From Candidatus Latescibacterota bacterium (GTDB lineage Bacteria; Latescibacterota; UBA2968; GCA-2709665), in contig CBDDDZ010000002.1 in assembly GCA_965226795.1 (NCBI GenBank), positions 256,001 through 320,000 on the forward strand: a DNA stretch of 64,000 nucleotides. Reading direction: 5' to 3'. Below, in pieces: positions 18,218 through 28,802 of the stretch; within the stretch, counting starts at the first letter, position 1; the number at the start of each line of letters is the position of its first letter. A model generated the notes under the pieces. The model was not told the origin of the DNA. It worked only from the letters and a program-made list of their open reading frames with translations, and made no database searches. Position numbers and translations under genes: made by a program.

Positions 18218-18883
18218 TTGGAAAACACCCGCCGCGGAACCGGCCCTGCACCGGAAAAGAAACCACCTGCCGCCAAAGACGATCCTGTGAATGACACCAT
18301 CGACCTGAGCAGCCTGGAGACAGACCCCCGCCTGCTCAGGTTTGCGCTCAATGGAAGCTGTGTCGACGGCCCGTCCTTTGAAACCTGGAAGCGCGCCCGG
18401 TCATTCATCGCTTCAGCGATCCACCGCCCCGGAACCCTGCTGGACATCGGCTGCGCAAACGGGTTCCTGCTGCGATGTCTTACGGAATGGTCCGACCACG
18501 AACTCATTCCGTTCGGCATCGACTCCAGCGCCGGCAGGGCCGGGGATACCGAGCGGTTCTTCCCTTCACAGCGCGACCATTTCGCCCGCCTTCCGGTCGA
18601 GCGGCTGGGTGAGATCGGTTCTCGTGGCCTTCCGGATAAGTACGACTTCATCTACTGGGCCGTCTGGGACAATTACGGGTTCGACCGCCAGGATCGAATC
18701 GACCTCCTCAGACGCGCCCTCGAAAACGTGAGAGACGATGGACGGCTGATTCTGGGTTTTTACGACCGCGAGCCCAAAACCATCGAAAACAAAATCGCCC
18801 GGATCAAGGACCTCAACCTGGGGCATGCTGTCCGCGTGGCGAATCCGAACGGACCGCAGGTACTGCTTCGTTTGTGTAAATAG
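18218..18883 (+). CDS. class I SAM-dependent methyltransferase
   Basis: LLDIGCANGFLL motif I; start codon uncertain. Confidence 0.72.
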   Translation: MENTRRGTGPAPEKKPPAAKDDPVNDTIDLSSLETDPRLLRFALNGSCVDGPSFETWKRARSFIASAIHRPGTLLDIGCANGFLLRCLTEWSDHELIPFGIDSSAGRAGDTERFFPSQRDHFARLPVERLGEIGSRGLPDKYDFIYWAVWDNYGFDRQDRIDLLRRALENVRDDGRLILGFYDREPKTIENKIARIKDLNLGHAVRVANPNGPQVLLRLCK

Positions 18884-19043
18884 CCGCATCTGGGGAGACG
18901 CAAGAGGCAAGAGGGGAGAAGGCCACCCAGCACCCGACCGCCTTTGCCATATCTCACGTCTAGCTTCTTGCGCTTGGGTCGGGTCGACGGATGGTGTGAA
19001 TGCTGAAAGACGACGCTTTTTCTTTAAGAAATCCGACTTTGGA

Positions 19044-19508
19044 TCATCTCTTGATCACGTCCTCGTACTCCTGGAACATTTCGATACTGATCCCGTCAGG
19101 GTCCAGCGCGTACATGGCGCGGGCAACGACCACCCCGTCGCGGTCCACGTCCGCGGGCGGATTGATGGATCCGAGCCCCGCGTCCTTCAGCCGCGCGTGC
19201 ATCGCATCCACGTTGTCCACCTCGAACGCCACGTGCGACGCGCCCAGAAACCGGTTCTCCTGGGGCCGCGCTTCGACCTTCGGATGAACGTACTGCACGA
19301 GTTCCAGGATAAACTCGTTCACCGGATGCCGCAGGATCGCAATCATCAGATGCACGTTATCGTAACCCAGAATCGTATCGTACGACGGCAGATTCTTACG
19401 CTCCGATATCCGGACCAGTTCCATCCCCAGCTGGTCCCGGTAGAACGAAACCGAACGCTCCAGATCCGATACCGTAAATCCGTGGTGATGCCCCATCACA
19501 ATGCCCAT
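19044..19508 (-). CDS. VOC/glyoxalase family protein
   Basis: HHGFTVSDLERSVSFYRDQLG, HVAFEVDNVD and DPDGISIE motifs. Confidence 0.92.
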   Translation of the reverse strand: MGIVMGHHHGFTVSDLERSVSFYRDQLGMELVRISERKNLPSYDTILGYDNVHLMIAILRHPVNEFILELVQYVHPKVEARPQENRFLGASHVAFEVDNVDAMHARLKDAGLGSINPPADVDRDGVVVARAMYALDPDGISIEMFQEYEDVIKR

Positions 19509-19714
19509 GTCTCTTCGCTCCCTGAAAATCGACGACCGTTCCGGCGGATGGATACGGACTGCCGCAGCGACGGCACAATCGGCAATCGTAATGATTCCTA
19601 TTATGTCAAGCGCTGCGACGTCCCAAAACCCATTTTTGTTAATATATAACCTGGAGCGGTAAAAAGCTGACGTTTTTTCCGCCTGGTACAGAAGAGTTCT
19701 TCGAAGCGCGTTCA

Positions 19715-19815
19715 TTGAGCTTGTCGAAATGCCCGCGCTTCGCTTCCCCGACGGGTTACCTGCGCCGACCCTTCGACCCTTCGACAGGCTCAGGGACCAC
19801 AAGCTCAGGGAGCGG
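19715..19815. repeat. nested CCCTTCGACA(A/G)GCTCAGGGA repeat cluster, copy 2
   Basis: TTGAGCTTGTCGAAATGCCCGCG and CCCTTCGA-CCCTTCGACAGGCTCAGGGACCA-CAAGCTCAGGGAGCGG are shared with 2352-2580. Confidence 0.8.
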
Positions 19816-19915
19816 CGCTGCGAGGGATTCCGTTCACGCCTGACCTACGCTCTTTGCATGCGTTGCTTCCCGCCAAGCGCCCGTTGGACTCGAAGTGTTG
19901 TTCGTTTCGATTCAG

Positions 19916-19943
19916 GGAACTCTCGGACCACGACAGTCGTCTA
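19916..19943 (+). promoter_or_regulatory. candidate ECF-sigma promoter GGAACT-N16-CGTCTA
   Basis: Matches the GGAAC/CGTC ECF consensus and spacing; lies upstream of a secreted thioredoxin-like gene. Confidence 0.45.
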
Positions 19944-20176
19944 TACTGAGCCAGTCACGGTGATCCGTCGACTGTTCGGAATCCAACCGGCCCGGCCTGG
20001 CAGACGTCAGGCCGTCCGGCGCAGATAGATGTTGACCATTCCGGCGGGTAATACCCACTAAGGCCGGAGGGGCGGCAATGCGTCGGTTCCGAAATCCGTC
20101 AGGGTCAGGCGTGCGCCCAATCGTTGCGCTACCGCCGGCCCGGTCCGTTCTCACACCGTTTCAAAGGAGTTGATCC

Positions 20177-20617
20177 ATGCGCATTCGACGCACGCTCGCC
20201 CTCGCAACCGTTTCCCTTGTTCTGATCGCCGGTCCCGCTCTCGCGGGTACCGTAGCGGTGGATGGCCAGGGCGACCCGGTCCTCTACGTCGTGAAAGTAC
20301 ATGCCGACTGGTGCGGCGCCTGTACGGACCTGGTACCCGTCCTCAATGAGGTTCGTACGGCTGTGGCCGATAAGCCCGTCCTCTTTGTCGAATTGGACGT
20401 GACCGACGCGGCCAGCACCGCCCAATCCCGCCTGCTGGCAGCTGCGCTCGGTATCGAGGAGCATCTCAAGGCCAACAACAGAACGGGCCTGGTTCTGCTC
20501 ATCGATCCCGCCAAGAAGGCCGTCGTGGAGACCCTGACCCTCAAGAGTCCCGCGGACGAGATGACCGGCAAAATCAAGGCGCACATCGCCGCAAGCGGAA
20601 AGACGTGCTGCGAGTGA
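20177..20617 (+). CDS. secreted thioredoxin-fold protein
   Basis: Signal peptide, HADWCGAC (CxxC) motif, AAGGAG RBS. Confidence 0.85.
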   Translation: MRIRRTLALATVSLVLIAGPALAGTVAVDGQGDPVLYVVKVHADWCGACTDLVPVLNEVRTAVADKPVLFVELDVTDAASTAQSRLLAAALGIEEHLKANNRTGLVLLIDPAKKAVVETLTLKSPADEMTGKIKAHIAASGKTCCE

Positions 20618-20786
20618 GGACCGGAAGTATGGCGCGGCAATGCGTTCGGCCGCCCGAGGATTGAGATCCGGGGTCAGCCAAACCCACGGATGCGGCCCTC
20701 CAGGTCACTTTGGATGTCCGTTCTCAACGCCAACTGGTTGCCGCGCATCCGTGGAAACAGCGTCTCCTTCGAAGAGGAATTCCGGA

Positions 20787-21854
20787 ATGATCATAAAAAA
20801 AATCACGGCGACCACGGTCAGCATCCCCTATGCCGCCCCCGTCGGCCCGTACGTGGGTCGAGGCGCCGGCGGCGGCACGCTGGGTGGGACCGGACTTATT
20901 GTCAGAATCGAAGCCGACACGGGTCTCGTCGGATGGGGCGAGGGAACCGGCGGTTTCGAATTGGACCCCAACACGATCCTTGCGGGCAACCATGTCTCGG
21001 ATATCGAAAAGGCGATCGGCCTGATGGAAAACGCGGGCATCACCAGGGGTCCGATGTCGGGCATTGAAATGGCGCTCTGGGACCTCCTGGGCAAGCACGC
21101 CGGCCTGCCGCTGTGCCGCCTGATGGGCGGCGTTGTCCGCACCGAGGTCGACTTCACCGCCTGCATGGGCCTGAAGGAACCCGAACAGTCGGCCGCTACC
21201 GCCCGTGAATACATCGACCGGTGGGGGTTCCGATTCATCAAAACAAAGGCGGGAAACGACCCCGCGCAGGACCTGGCCATTGCCGAAGCGGCGCAGAAGG
21301 AGATTGGGGACGAAGCCGTATTCCGTCCGGATGCGAACGGTGGATATCCCCCGGAAGAGACGCTGGACATTATGAAAAAAATGGCGGACCTGGGCGTCCG
21401 CCACTTTGAAGACCCGTGCCATACCGAGCACGTGGAAACGCTGGCGCGGGTGCGGTCCGACGTCGGCACCCATGTCCTCGTGAACGGCGGCGTGGCCCTG
21501 CCCGACAGCATCCGGCCTTTTCTGGAAGCCGGCTGCGCCGACTCCCTCATGCCGGACACCCCGGCCGCCGGTGCGCTGCTTCGCGTGAGAAAAATCGCGG
21601 ATGCGGCGGAGCCATGGGAGGTCCCGTGCCTGATGCACTGTTCGCACGACCTGGGCCTCAAAACCGCCGCGATTACCCATATAGCCGCCGCCACGCCCAA
21701 CTTCTCGGGGCCCAACGACACCTGCTACCACGGGCTGGTCGACGACGTTCTCGCCGAACCCTTTACATTTGAAAACGGCCAGCTGGAAGTCCCCCTCGGC
21801 CCCGGCCTCGGCGTGGAAGTCGACGAATCCAAAGTCGAGAAATATCGCGTCTGA
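20787..21854 (+). CDS. mandelate racemase/muconate lactonizing enzyme (enolase superfamily)
   Basis: GLVGWGE, IEMALWDLLGK, KTK (KxK), PDANG, FEDP and GPGLGVEVD motifs. Confidence 0.92.
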   Translation: MIIKKITATTVSIPYAAPVGPYVGRGAGGGTLGGTGLIVRIEADTGLVGWGEGTGGFELDPNTILAGNHVSDIEKAIGLMENAGITRGPMSGIEMALWDLLGKHAGLPLCRLMGGVVRTEVDFTACMGLKEPEQSAATAREYIDRWGFRFIKTKAGNDPAQDLAIAEAAQKEIGDEAVFRPDANGGYPPEETLDIMKKMADLGVRHFEDPCHTEHVETLARVRSDVGTHVLVNGGVALPDSIRPFLEAGCADSLMPDTPAAGALLRVRKIADAAEPWEVPCLMHCSHDLGLKTAAITHIAAATPNFSGPNDTCYHGLVDDVLAEPFTFENGQLEVPLGPGLGVEVDESKVEKYRV

Positions 21855-21945
21855 TCCGTTTCCGGCATTAGGGCCGAATCGTTTCCCGGCGCGGCGGGAC
21901 GGCATCGGCCCCGTTGTCCTTTCATAACATGAAGGAAGGCCTGGC

Positions 21946-22785
21946 ATGGACTCCGTCCACGTCGACGACCGCGACTGGTCCGCGCTGACCCTGGGCGAAC
22001 GCATCCGCCAGATCGAACTCGACGGATACGTCGTCCTGCCCGGTCTACTCACTCCCGGGCACGTCGCGGCGCTCAAGGCCGAGACCGCCAGGTTGGAGAC
22101 CCGGCCGGTGGACTACAGCGTCCACCAGCAGGTCTGCCCGAATCTGCAGTTCACCGGCGGCCACATCACCGAACTCATCGCCCATCCGCCCACCCTCGCC
22201 TTCCTGAACGAACTCTTCGGCGGCGAGACCATCTTCATGTCCTACACGTACGCCCGCTCCGAACCCGGCCACCCCGGTATCAGTCTCCATACCGACGGCC
22301 AGCCCTACGGCTCTCGGATCTTCGGCTACGGCGGCAGCGTTCCGTTCATGGTCAGAGTGCTGTATTACCTGGACGACCTCACGCGGGATGTCTCGCCCTT
22401 CCGGGTCATACCCCGCTCCCATCTATCCATGCATGCCGACGCCAACCCGTACAAACGCTACGGGGACCATCCCGAACAGGTGATGGTCCCCGTCAAGACA
22501 GGCGGCGCCGTTCTGATCAACCACAAAGTCTTCCACGGGAACTTCCCGAACACCGGCGCCCATGCCCGTGAAATGCTCGCTATTGCCTACCGCCCCGCGT
22601 GGGCCGGCCCCATTGCCGACGTGCCCGCGTGGAACGACGCCGACCTCGCCGCCCTGCCCGAAACCGTGTGCCCCCTGTTTGCCGATCCCAACACCCGCCA
22701 CTGGGACTTCCAGGGCGGCAATAAACCTGCCAACATGGCCCGAGAGGCGCCCGGTATCAACCCCAGCCGCTGGGATCGTCGGTAG
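21946..22785 (+). CDS. phytanoyl-CoA dioxygenase (PhyH) family protein
   Basis: DGYVVL, LHTD (HxD), VIPRSH and FHG motifs. Confidence 0.85.
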   Translation: MDSVHVDDRDWSALTLGERIRQIELDGYVVLPGLLTPGHVAALKAETARLETRPVDYSVHQQVCPNLQFTGGHITELIAHPPTLAFLNELFGGETIFMSYTYARSEPGHPGISLHTDGQPYGSRIFGYGGSVPFMVRVLYYLDDLTRDVSPFRVIPRSHLSMHADANPYKRYGDHPEQVMVPVKTGGAVLINHKVFHGNFPNTGAHAREMLAIAYRPAWAGPIADVPAWNDADLAALPETVCPLFADPNTRHWDFQGGNKPANMAREAPGINPSRWDRR

Positions 22786-22943
22786 GGGAATCCGTAGTCG
22801 AAAATCGACGACCCGTCAACCGATTTCGCATCCCCGCGTCGAACGGGAATCCGCGCGGGTCTCCGATCGGACTCACCTTCCAATTACGAGACGTTTGTCG
22901 CGGCTCCATGCATCTCAAGTGAGCGAACTCGTGTTTCCCGCAT

Positions 22944-23831
22944 TCATGTCTGCGGGTTCCACTCCGCCCCCAGGGCATCGAACTGGCTGTAAAAAGCCTC
23001 CAGCACGGCGTCGGCGAGAGGTCCCCTTGTCGTCAGTTCCAGGTTATTCCGTGCGTGGTCCGGATTCGTCGTTCCCACAATGGCCGTATCGATGGCGTCC
23101 TGTGAAAGCGTGAAACGCAGCGAAAGTTCGATGGGATCCTCGGGGGCACCGTCCGGAATCTCAAGCTGCTGCGCCCGCTCAAAGTAGGCGTCGGCGTAAC
23201 CGTACGGCGACGCTGACTGCCCGATCGCCCCGTTCGCAATCGGCCTTTTGGCGATCACGCCCATCTCCGCCGCCTTCGCCTCCGGAAGCACGTCGGCGCG
23301 CCCTTTCTGATCCACCAGGTTGAACGACGTCTGCAGCGTGCTGAATACTCCCATCCGGATCGCCTCCAGCGCGTCATCGCCGTCGCCGCTGTAACCCACG
23401 TACCGTGTCTTTCCCGCTTCCTTCGCCCGCATCACAGCGTCGACGGCCTCTCCCTCCCGGAGCACTTCTGCCGAACAGGTGTGGAGTTGAACCAGGTCGA
23501 CGTGGTCCGTCCTGAGCCGCTTTAAAGACCGGTCGATGCTCTCCTCGATCACGGCCCGTGTCCAGGGCTCGCCAGTTGCGTCTCCGGTCACGTGGCCGCA
23601 CTTCGTGGCCAGCACGTATTCGTTCCGCCTCCCACCGATGTACCGGCCGATCAGTTCCTCGCTGTCGTGGTAGCATGCGGCGGTGTCGATCAACGTGATC
23701 CCGTCGTCCAGCAGCCGGTTCAGCACCCTTCCCACCCGATCGGGGTTTACGTCTTCGAGCCCGATCCTGGCGCCGCCAAACCCCAGGCGGGTGACTACCA
23801 GATCAGTCCTTCCCAGCGTGCGTGTTTCCAT
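22944..23831 (-). CDS. aldo/keto reductase
   Basis: LGFGG, IDTAACY, ATKCG, SLKRLRTDHVDLVQLH and IAKRP motifs. Confidence 0.95.
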   Translation of the reverse strand: METRTLGRTDLVVTRLGFGGARIGLEDVNPDRVGRVLNRLLDDGITLIDTAACYHDSEELIGRYIGGRRNEYVLATKCGHVTGDATGEPWTRAVIEESIDRSLKRLRTDHVDLVQLHTCSAEVLREGEAVDAVMRAKEAGKTRYVGYSGDGDDALEAIRMGVFSTLQTSFNLVDQKGRADVLPEAKAAEMGVIAKRPIANGAIGQSASPYGYADAYFERAQQLEIPDGAPEDPIELSLRFTLSQDAIDTAIVGTTNPDHARNNLELTTRGPLADAVLEAFYSQFDALGAEWNPQT

Positions 23832-23880
23832 CGCGAACCCTCCATTAAGAGCGTGAGACGTAACAGGTCCACCCTGCGCC

Positions 23881-24631
23881 CAGCCATTAGCTGTCAGCTA
23901 TCAGCTGTCAGCTAGAGGCAAAAACCCGATTCAAATTCCACATCACCCCAGATTCCCTGCCTTCGGCGAGTTCCTTTTGAAGCGACCAAAAGGAACCAAA
24001 AGTCGCCGCTGGGCGCGGGGCCGTACATATGCATTGCGCGAATCACCTCACCGGACCCACCGGATCCGCTGCCCTACCGATCGCCGAGGATACCGTAATT
24101 CGGATTGGGACGGAACAACGCGCCCTGCTTTGGTAGTGCTCTGGAAACGTATCGCGTTAGATACCGGGATGGTTTCATCAGAGCGAGCCACCAGGCGGGC
24201 GACCCATGGGTCGCCCCTACGAATACAACAACGGCGTGACCGGTGGTGTGGGGGGTTTTTCCGCGTTTTTCCGTCCAGCACAGCAGTACTGTTACATCTG
24301 ACGGGCTCGTAGGGCACCCAATTGCATTTTTTCCCCTTAGGCGATTCGCGGAAAAACCGGCTCCGCGCCGAGCGGCCTGCCTGCGCCGAGCCGTGCTCGG
24401 CAGGCAGGCGCGTTTCTTTTTGGTCCTTTTTCTTACGCGAATAAGAAAAAGGACGAAGAGAAAAACAAAGTTGAAGTGGAAGGTAAAGCCTGTGTCCGCC
24501 GGGCCGTAGTTCCAAAGGGTGCTTGTCCGCAAATGGTCGACCCAGTAAGACCCTGTGGATAATCCACAAGTGGACAACCTCACGGTAGAATTCCCAATTG
24601 TCTTTAGCTGTACGCTAACAGCTTATTGCTA
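23881..24631 (-). mobile_element. modular structured non-coding element, copy D (L arm with insert + M2/REP + R arm, lacking M1)
   Basis: Heptamer array 23881-23913, R hairpin 23970-23996, REP 24197-24220, 33-bp palindrome 24376-24408, L hairpin 24423-24454, degenerate heptamers 24606-24631. Confidence 0.78.
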
Positions 24632-24729
24632 CTTTTCCCACCCGAAAACCTTCCGGTCGCCGTGCGGTTCGGGAAGATAAGGTCAAGGTCATGGAAATGC
24701 AAGAGGTTACCCGTTGATCCGGTTTTGGG

Positions 24730-24758
24730 TTGACAGAAAAGCCCGCTTGCGTTAGGTT
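24730..24758 (+). promoter_or_regulatory. sigma70-type promoter TTGACA-N17-TAGGTT
   Basis: Perfect -35 box and 17-bp spacer, upstream of the PhyH gene at 24875. Confidence 0.55.
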
Positions 24759-24874
24759 TGGATATCGCGATATACGCAGTCTGAAACCCGAGGGAACGAG
24801 GGGCTTGTCCCCCTTTCGGCCCGCCCCCGACGCGCGCGGGTCCGAAAACCCGTTCCTGCCCGGAGGAGACACCG

Positions 24875-25741
24875 ATGGAACAGACCCTTGAACGGGCCGT
24901 CTTTGACAATTACGTCGACGACGGCGGCTACACAGCAGATCTCTACGAATTTCACGAAATCGACGAGGGTATCGAAAGCTTCGACGCCGCGACCGATGCC
25001 GACGTGGATTATTTTCATCGGAACGGCTATCTGGCCATCAGGAAAGCGTTCACGAGCGCCGAGGTCGACGATATGCATAACGGCCTCATGGATCTTATCA
25101 AGGGAAAAAATCCGGACTTCAAAGGCGTACAGTTCGAAGCCAGCTACAAGGGCACGCTGCACGCCCTATCGGACGACGAACGGTGGGACGCCGTGCGCAA
25201 GCTCCAGTACTTCATGGGCTACGACCACCGCCTGACCGCTCTGGCCGAACACCCGAAAATCCTGGACATCATGGCGCGGATCATCGGCGAAAAACCAGCG
25301 CTCTATTCGCACCAGGCCATTCTCAAACCACCCAGGGTGGGGCGCGAAAAACCCTGGCACCAGGACCACGCCTATTTCAATCTGCCGATGGGCACCCCCA
25401 TCGTGAGCACGTGGATTTCCCTGGACCGGGCCACGCCCGAAAATGGCTGCATGCGGGTGATCCCCGGCACGCACTTACAGGGTCCCAGGGTTCATTTCAA
25501 GCGCCGCGACTGGCAGATCTGCGATACGCACCTGGTCAGAGACCGCGTCGTTGCGATCCCGCTCGAACCGGGCGGCTGCCTTCTCTGGTCCGGCATGATT
25601 CATCACGGCACCCCGGCCAACACCACGTCCTACAGGCGCCGGGCCGTTCAACTCCACTATTGTCCCGCGCGCGTGAAAGCAACCACGTCACAGGAACGCC
25701 TGGCCGTATTCGGCAGCGAGGGAAAAGACGTCTCCTGCTGA
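24875..25741 (+). CDS. phytanoyl-CoA dioxygenase (PhyH) family protein
   Basis: KPWHQD, WISLD, NGCMRVIPGTH and HHGT motifs; GGAGGAG RBS. Confidence 0.93.
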   Translation: MEQTLERAVFDNYVDDGGYTADLYEFHEIDEGIESFDAATDADVDYFHRNGYLAIRKAFTSAEVDDMHNGLMDLIKGKNPDFKGVQFEASYKGTLHALSDDERWDAVRKLQYFMGYDHRLTALAEHPKILDIMARIIGEKPALYSHQAILKPPRVGREKPWHQDHAYFNLPMGTPIVSTWISLDRATPENGCMRVIPGTHLQGPRVHFKRRDWQICDTHLVRDRVVAIPLEPGGCLLWSGMIHHGTPANTTSYRRRAVQLHYCPARVKATTSQERLAVFGSEGKDVSC

Positions 25742-25769
25742 AGCTGGATCAGACCTGCATTTCCCATTG

Positions 25770-25808
25770 AAAAAAGCCCCGGTGAAGATGTCTCCCGGGG
25801 CCTTTTTC
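25770..25808. terminator. probable bidirectional intrinsic terminator
   Basis: AAAAAAGCCCCGG...CCGGGGCCTTTTT just downstream of the stop codon. Confidence 0.7.
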
Positions 25809-26189
25809 GCCTTTATAACCAAAACATGAAGGAGTGCCCTTTCAAGATACTGGATCGGCTAAATGAAACTCCACATTCTGCTCCGGATCCCTACAGGAAT
25901 TGGGGCGGTTATTGAGCAGGCTACAAGAGACCTATCGGCGGTCTGGCGATGAGGATGGCCTCCTCAATGGATGGGGCCTATAATGATCAATCCAACGCCG
26001 AGTACGCAAAAGAACAGGACAAGCAATTCTATTACAGTGGCCTACCTTGCTTGCCCAAGAATACAAACCGGGAAAATACAAAATCATCATCGATGGCAAA
26101 CCACTACTGCGCAACAATGTCGAGGCCAGCATCTTCCAGTTGACCTCGCTATTACACCCAAAATGGACCTATCGCGGACATCCTCTTCT

Positions 26190-27033
26190 GGTTCATGCAG
26201 CGATCCCCGTATCGTCTTTGCCCGCCAACGTTGAAATCCGGGCACCACGATACATCCCTATACGCATCCCAACACGAATCCCCGACCTGTCATGGATACG
26301 AAACTCCACGTCCGGAAATGGAACGCATCTGTCTACGGCGCCATCCTCTTCTTGCAGATACGCGCCAGCTGAACGGGCCGTCCCAGCCCGACCTGAGTGC
26401 GTGGCTGATCGGCCGACGGGTGCGGAAGCGCGGCCCGGGCCCGCGGTCATCTTCGCCCACGGCAACGCGGAACTCATCGACCACTGGGCCGGCGAAATGA
26501 CGGCCTTCACCCGTCTCGGATTCGCCGTCCTGCTCGTCGAATATCCCGGTTACGGACGCTCCGGAGGATCGCCCACCGAGGCCAGCGTCACGGAAACCTT
26601 TGTCGCCGCCTACGACATGCTGGCCGCCCGGGAGGATGTGGACACAAACCGCATCGTTTTCATGGGCCGCTCGCTTGGAGGGGGCGCGGTGTGCGCGCTT
26701 GCGGCCGAACGCCGTCCGGCGGCGCTCATCCTGCTATCCACGTTCAAGAGCATCAACGCCCTGGCTGTGGAGAAATACTACGTGCCCGGATTCTTCGCTC
26801 GCGATACGTTCGACAATCTGACAACGCTTGGTGCCTATTCGGGTCCCGTTCTCATCGCGCACGGCACGCGGGACAATGTAATTCCGTACAGCCACGGCGT
26901 CGCCCTGCGAAAGGCATCCAGACGCGGCCGCCTCATCACCTACGAAGCCGGGCACAGCAACTGCCCGCCCGATTGGCCGGCCTTCTGGCGCGAGGTCGAA
27001 GGATTTCTGCGGGAAGGCGGAATTCTCCGGTAG
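26190..27033 (+). CDS. alpha/beta hydrolase (ABHD13/Bem46-like); 5' end uncertain, possibly frameshifted
   Basis: HGNAE, EYPGYG, GRSLGG nucleophile elbow, HGTRD and AGH motifs. Similarity is clear only from about 26430. Confidence 0.75.
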
Positions 27034-27102
27034 GCCTGGCTTCGGCCGTGCATGGACGATTCGGGTTCCTATGGCAGACTTCGCCTGACTAATTCACGAA
27101 AA

Positions 27103-27361
27103 GGGACCTCTCCCCCCGGCCCCCTCTCCTGCGAGGAGAGGGGGAGTCGAACGAAGTGTTGAGTAAACAATTGTTTATACAGGCTCCGATTGATTGGAGA
27201 ACGCCATCTCGTCACTTTCCCAAGCGCAACTCGCCGACCAATCACGATATTTCGAACCGATTTTTTCGTCAATCGAAACGTCTTCATCCAATCCAACCGT
27301 TCATCAACCAGTAACAGTTCCCCCTTCCTCTCATGAAGGGGGATAGGGGGTAGGTCTCGTC
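27103..27361 (-). repeat. MITE-like module P, copy 2
   Basis: Ends match 13149-13312 in reverse orientation; the interior is longer and only partly similar. Confidence 0.7.
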
Positions 27362-27502
27362 CGTCCAAATCCAGAATGTATCACACATTGGGATTCGCTT
27401 TCTCTATTCACTTGGAAGCTGTTTCTGCTTCGTGAAACTGCACTCCGTGACAATTCAGGTTAGGTGGAGTTGACAAGCACTGTACGGAAGAAAGAACTGA
27501 CC

Positions 27503-28519
27503 GTGCCATTGGATTACACCAGGTACGCGCGTGACGAGGATGTGGCGTTTTTCCAGCGCGAACTGGCATCGTTCGTACCGGACAGGGTGTACGACGCCCA
27601 CTGCCATCCGGACGTGCCGGGCAGCGGGAAGCCGCTGGTGAAAGACTTTGAAGCGGGTGTGGATCACGCCGACTATGTGCGGTTGATGGACTGCATGATG
27701 CCGGGGCGGGTTATCGCGGCGAATTTCATCTCGTTCCACGCGAGTCCGGAATGGCATGCCAGGTCCAACGAATGGACGGCCAGACAGGCGGCGCGCGATG
27801 TCCGCTGCCGGGGCGAGTTCTTTGTGAGGCCCGACGACGATCCGGAGTGGGTGCGGCAGGAGGCGAAGCGCCTGGGCCTGAGCGGGCTGAAGTGCTATCA
27901 CCTCCAGGCGCCGAGACACCCGTCGTGGGAGGAGGGCCGGCCCACGTGGGATGCGGATATCTGCGATTATCTGCCGGAGTGTCTGGTGAAGGTGGCCGAC
28001 GACGAGGGCTGGGTGATTACCCTGCATCTGGTCAAGCGGCGGGCGGTGGCGGATCCTGCGAATATCCACTGGATACGGCGTTACTGCGAGACGTATCCGA
28101 ATATGAAGCTGATCCTGGCGCACTCCGCACGAGGGTTTCAACCGGCGCACAATCTGGAGGGCCTGGCGCAGTTGGAGGGATTGGAGAATCTGTATTTCGA
28201 TTGCAGCGTCAACTGTGAGCCGATCGCGCACCAGAGCATCATTCGCGTCTTCGGACACGGAAAGCTGATGTATGGGTCCGACTTTCCCGTGAGCCATCTG
28301 CGCGGGCGATCGCTGGGTGCCGCGGACTCGTTCCTGTGGCTCTACGAAGACACGCCGGTCTGGGGAGAAAAGCACAGCAGGGTCGATCCGGTGCTGATCG
28401 GGCTGGAGCAGTTGCGCTCGCTGAAGTGGGCGTGCTGGTCGGAACGGCTCACCGACAGCCAGGTGGAGGACGTCTTCTGGAACAATGCGGCGGCGTTGTT
28501 TAACGTGACCACGGATTGA
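27503..28519 (+). CDS. amidohydrolase family protein
   Basis: YDAHCH, GLKCYH, LILAH, YGSDFP and FWNNAAALF motifs. Confidence 0.88.
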   Translation: MPLDYTRYARDEDVAFFQRELASFVPDRVYDAHCHPDVPGSGKPLVKDFEAGVDHADYVRLMDCMMPGRVIAANFISFHASPEWHARSNEWTARQAARDVRCRGEFFVRPDDDPEWVRQEAKRLGLSGLKCYHLQAPRHPSWEEGRPTWDADICDYLPECLVKVADDEGWVITLHLVKRRAVADPANIHWIRRYCETYPNMKLILAHSARGFQPAHNLEGLAQLEGLENLYFDCSVNCEPIAHQSIIRVFGHGKLMYGSDFPVSHLRGRSLGAADSFLWLYEDTPVWGEKHSRVDPVLIGLEQLRSLKWACWSERLTDSQVEDVFWNNAAALFNVTTD

Positions 28520-28802
28520 ACGTCGATGGTCGAGGCGGCACTCCAGTCGACTTTAATGAAGTGTTAACGCGGGGCGGTCAGAAAAGGTATCCGGCCACTC
28601 AAATTATGCAGAAAATAGATAATTTTTGTAACTAAGTGCCATTATTATGCAAATATAAGATAATTTCTCGCTGCGTATGAGGCAACCACTTCAATTAATT
28701 TGACTTGGTCTATGTTCTAAGCTATGCTTTTCGCACATGCGCGACGGGAAGTTGGGATCGCGGGAGAAATGCATTTGCGATACAAACCGCAGGGAGTGAG
28801 AC

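Noticed and set aside
25830..26190. AT-richer stretch with short ORFs, annotated as the N-terminus of the alpha/beta hydrolase ORF
   Set aside because: No recognisable family; probably a decayed gene fragment fortuitously in frame.
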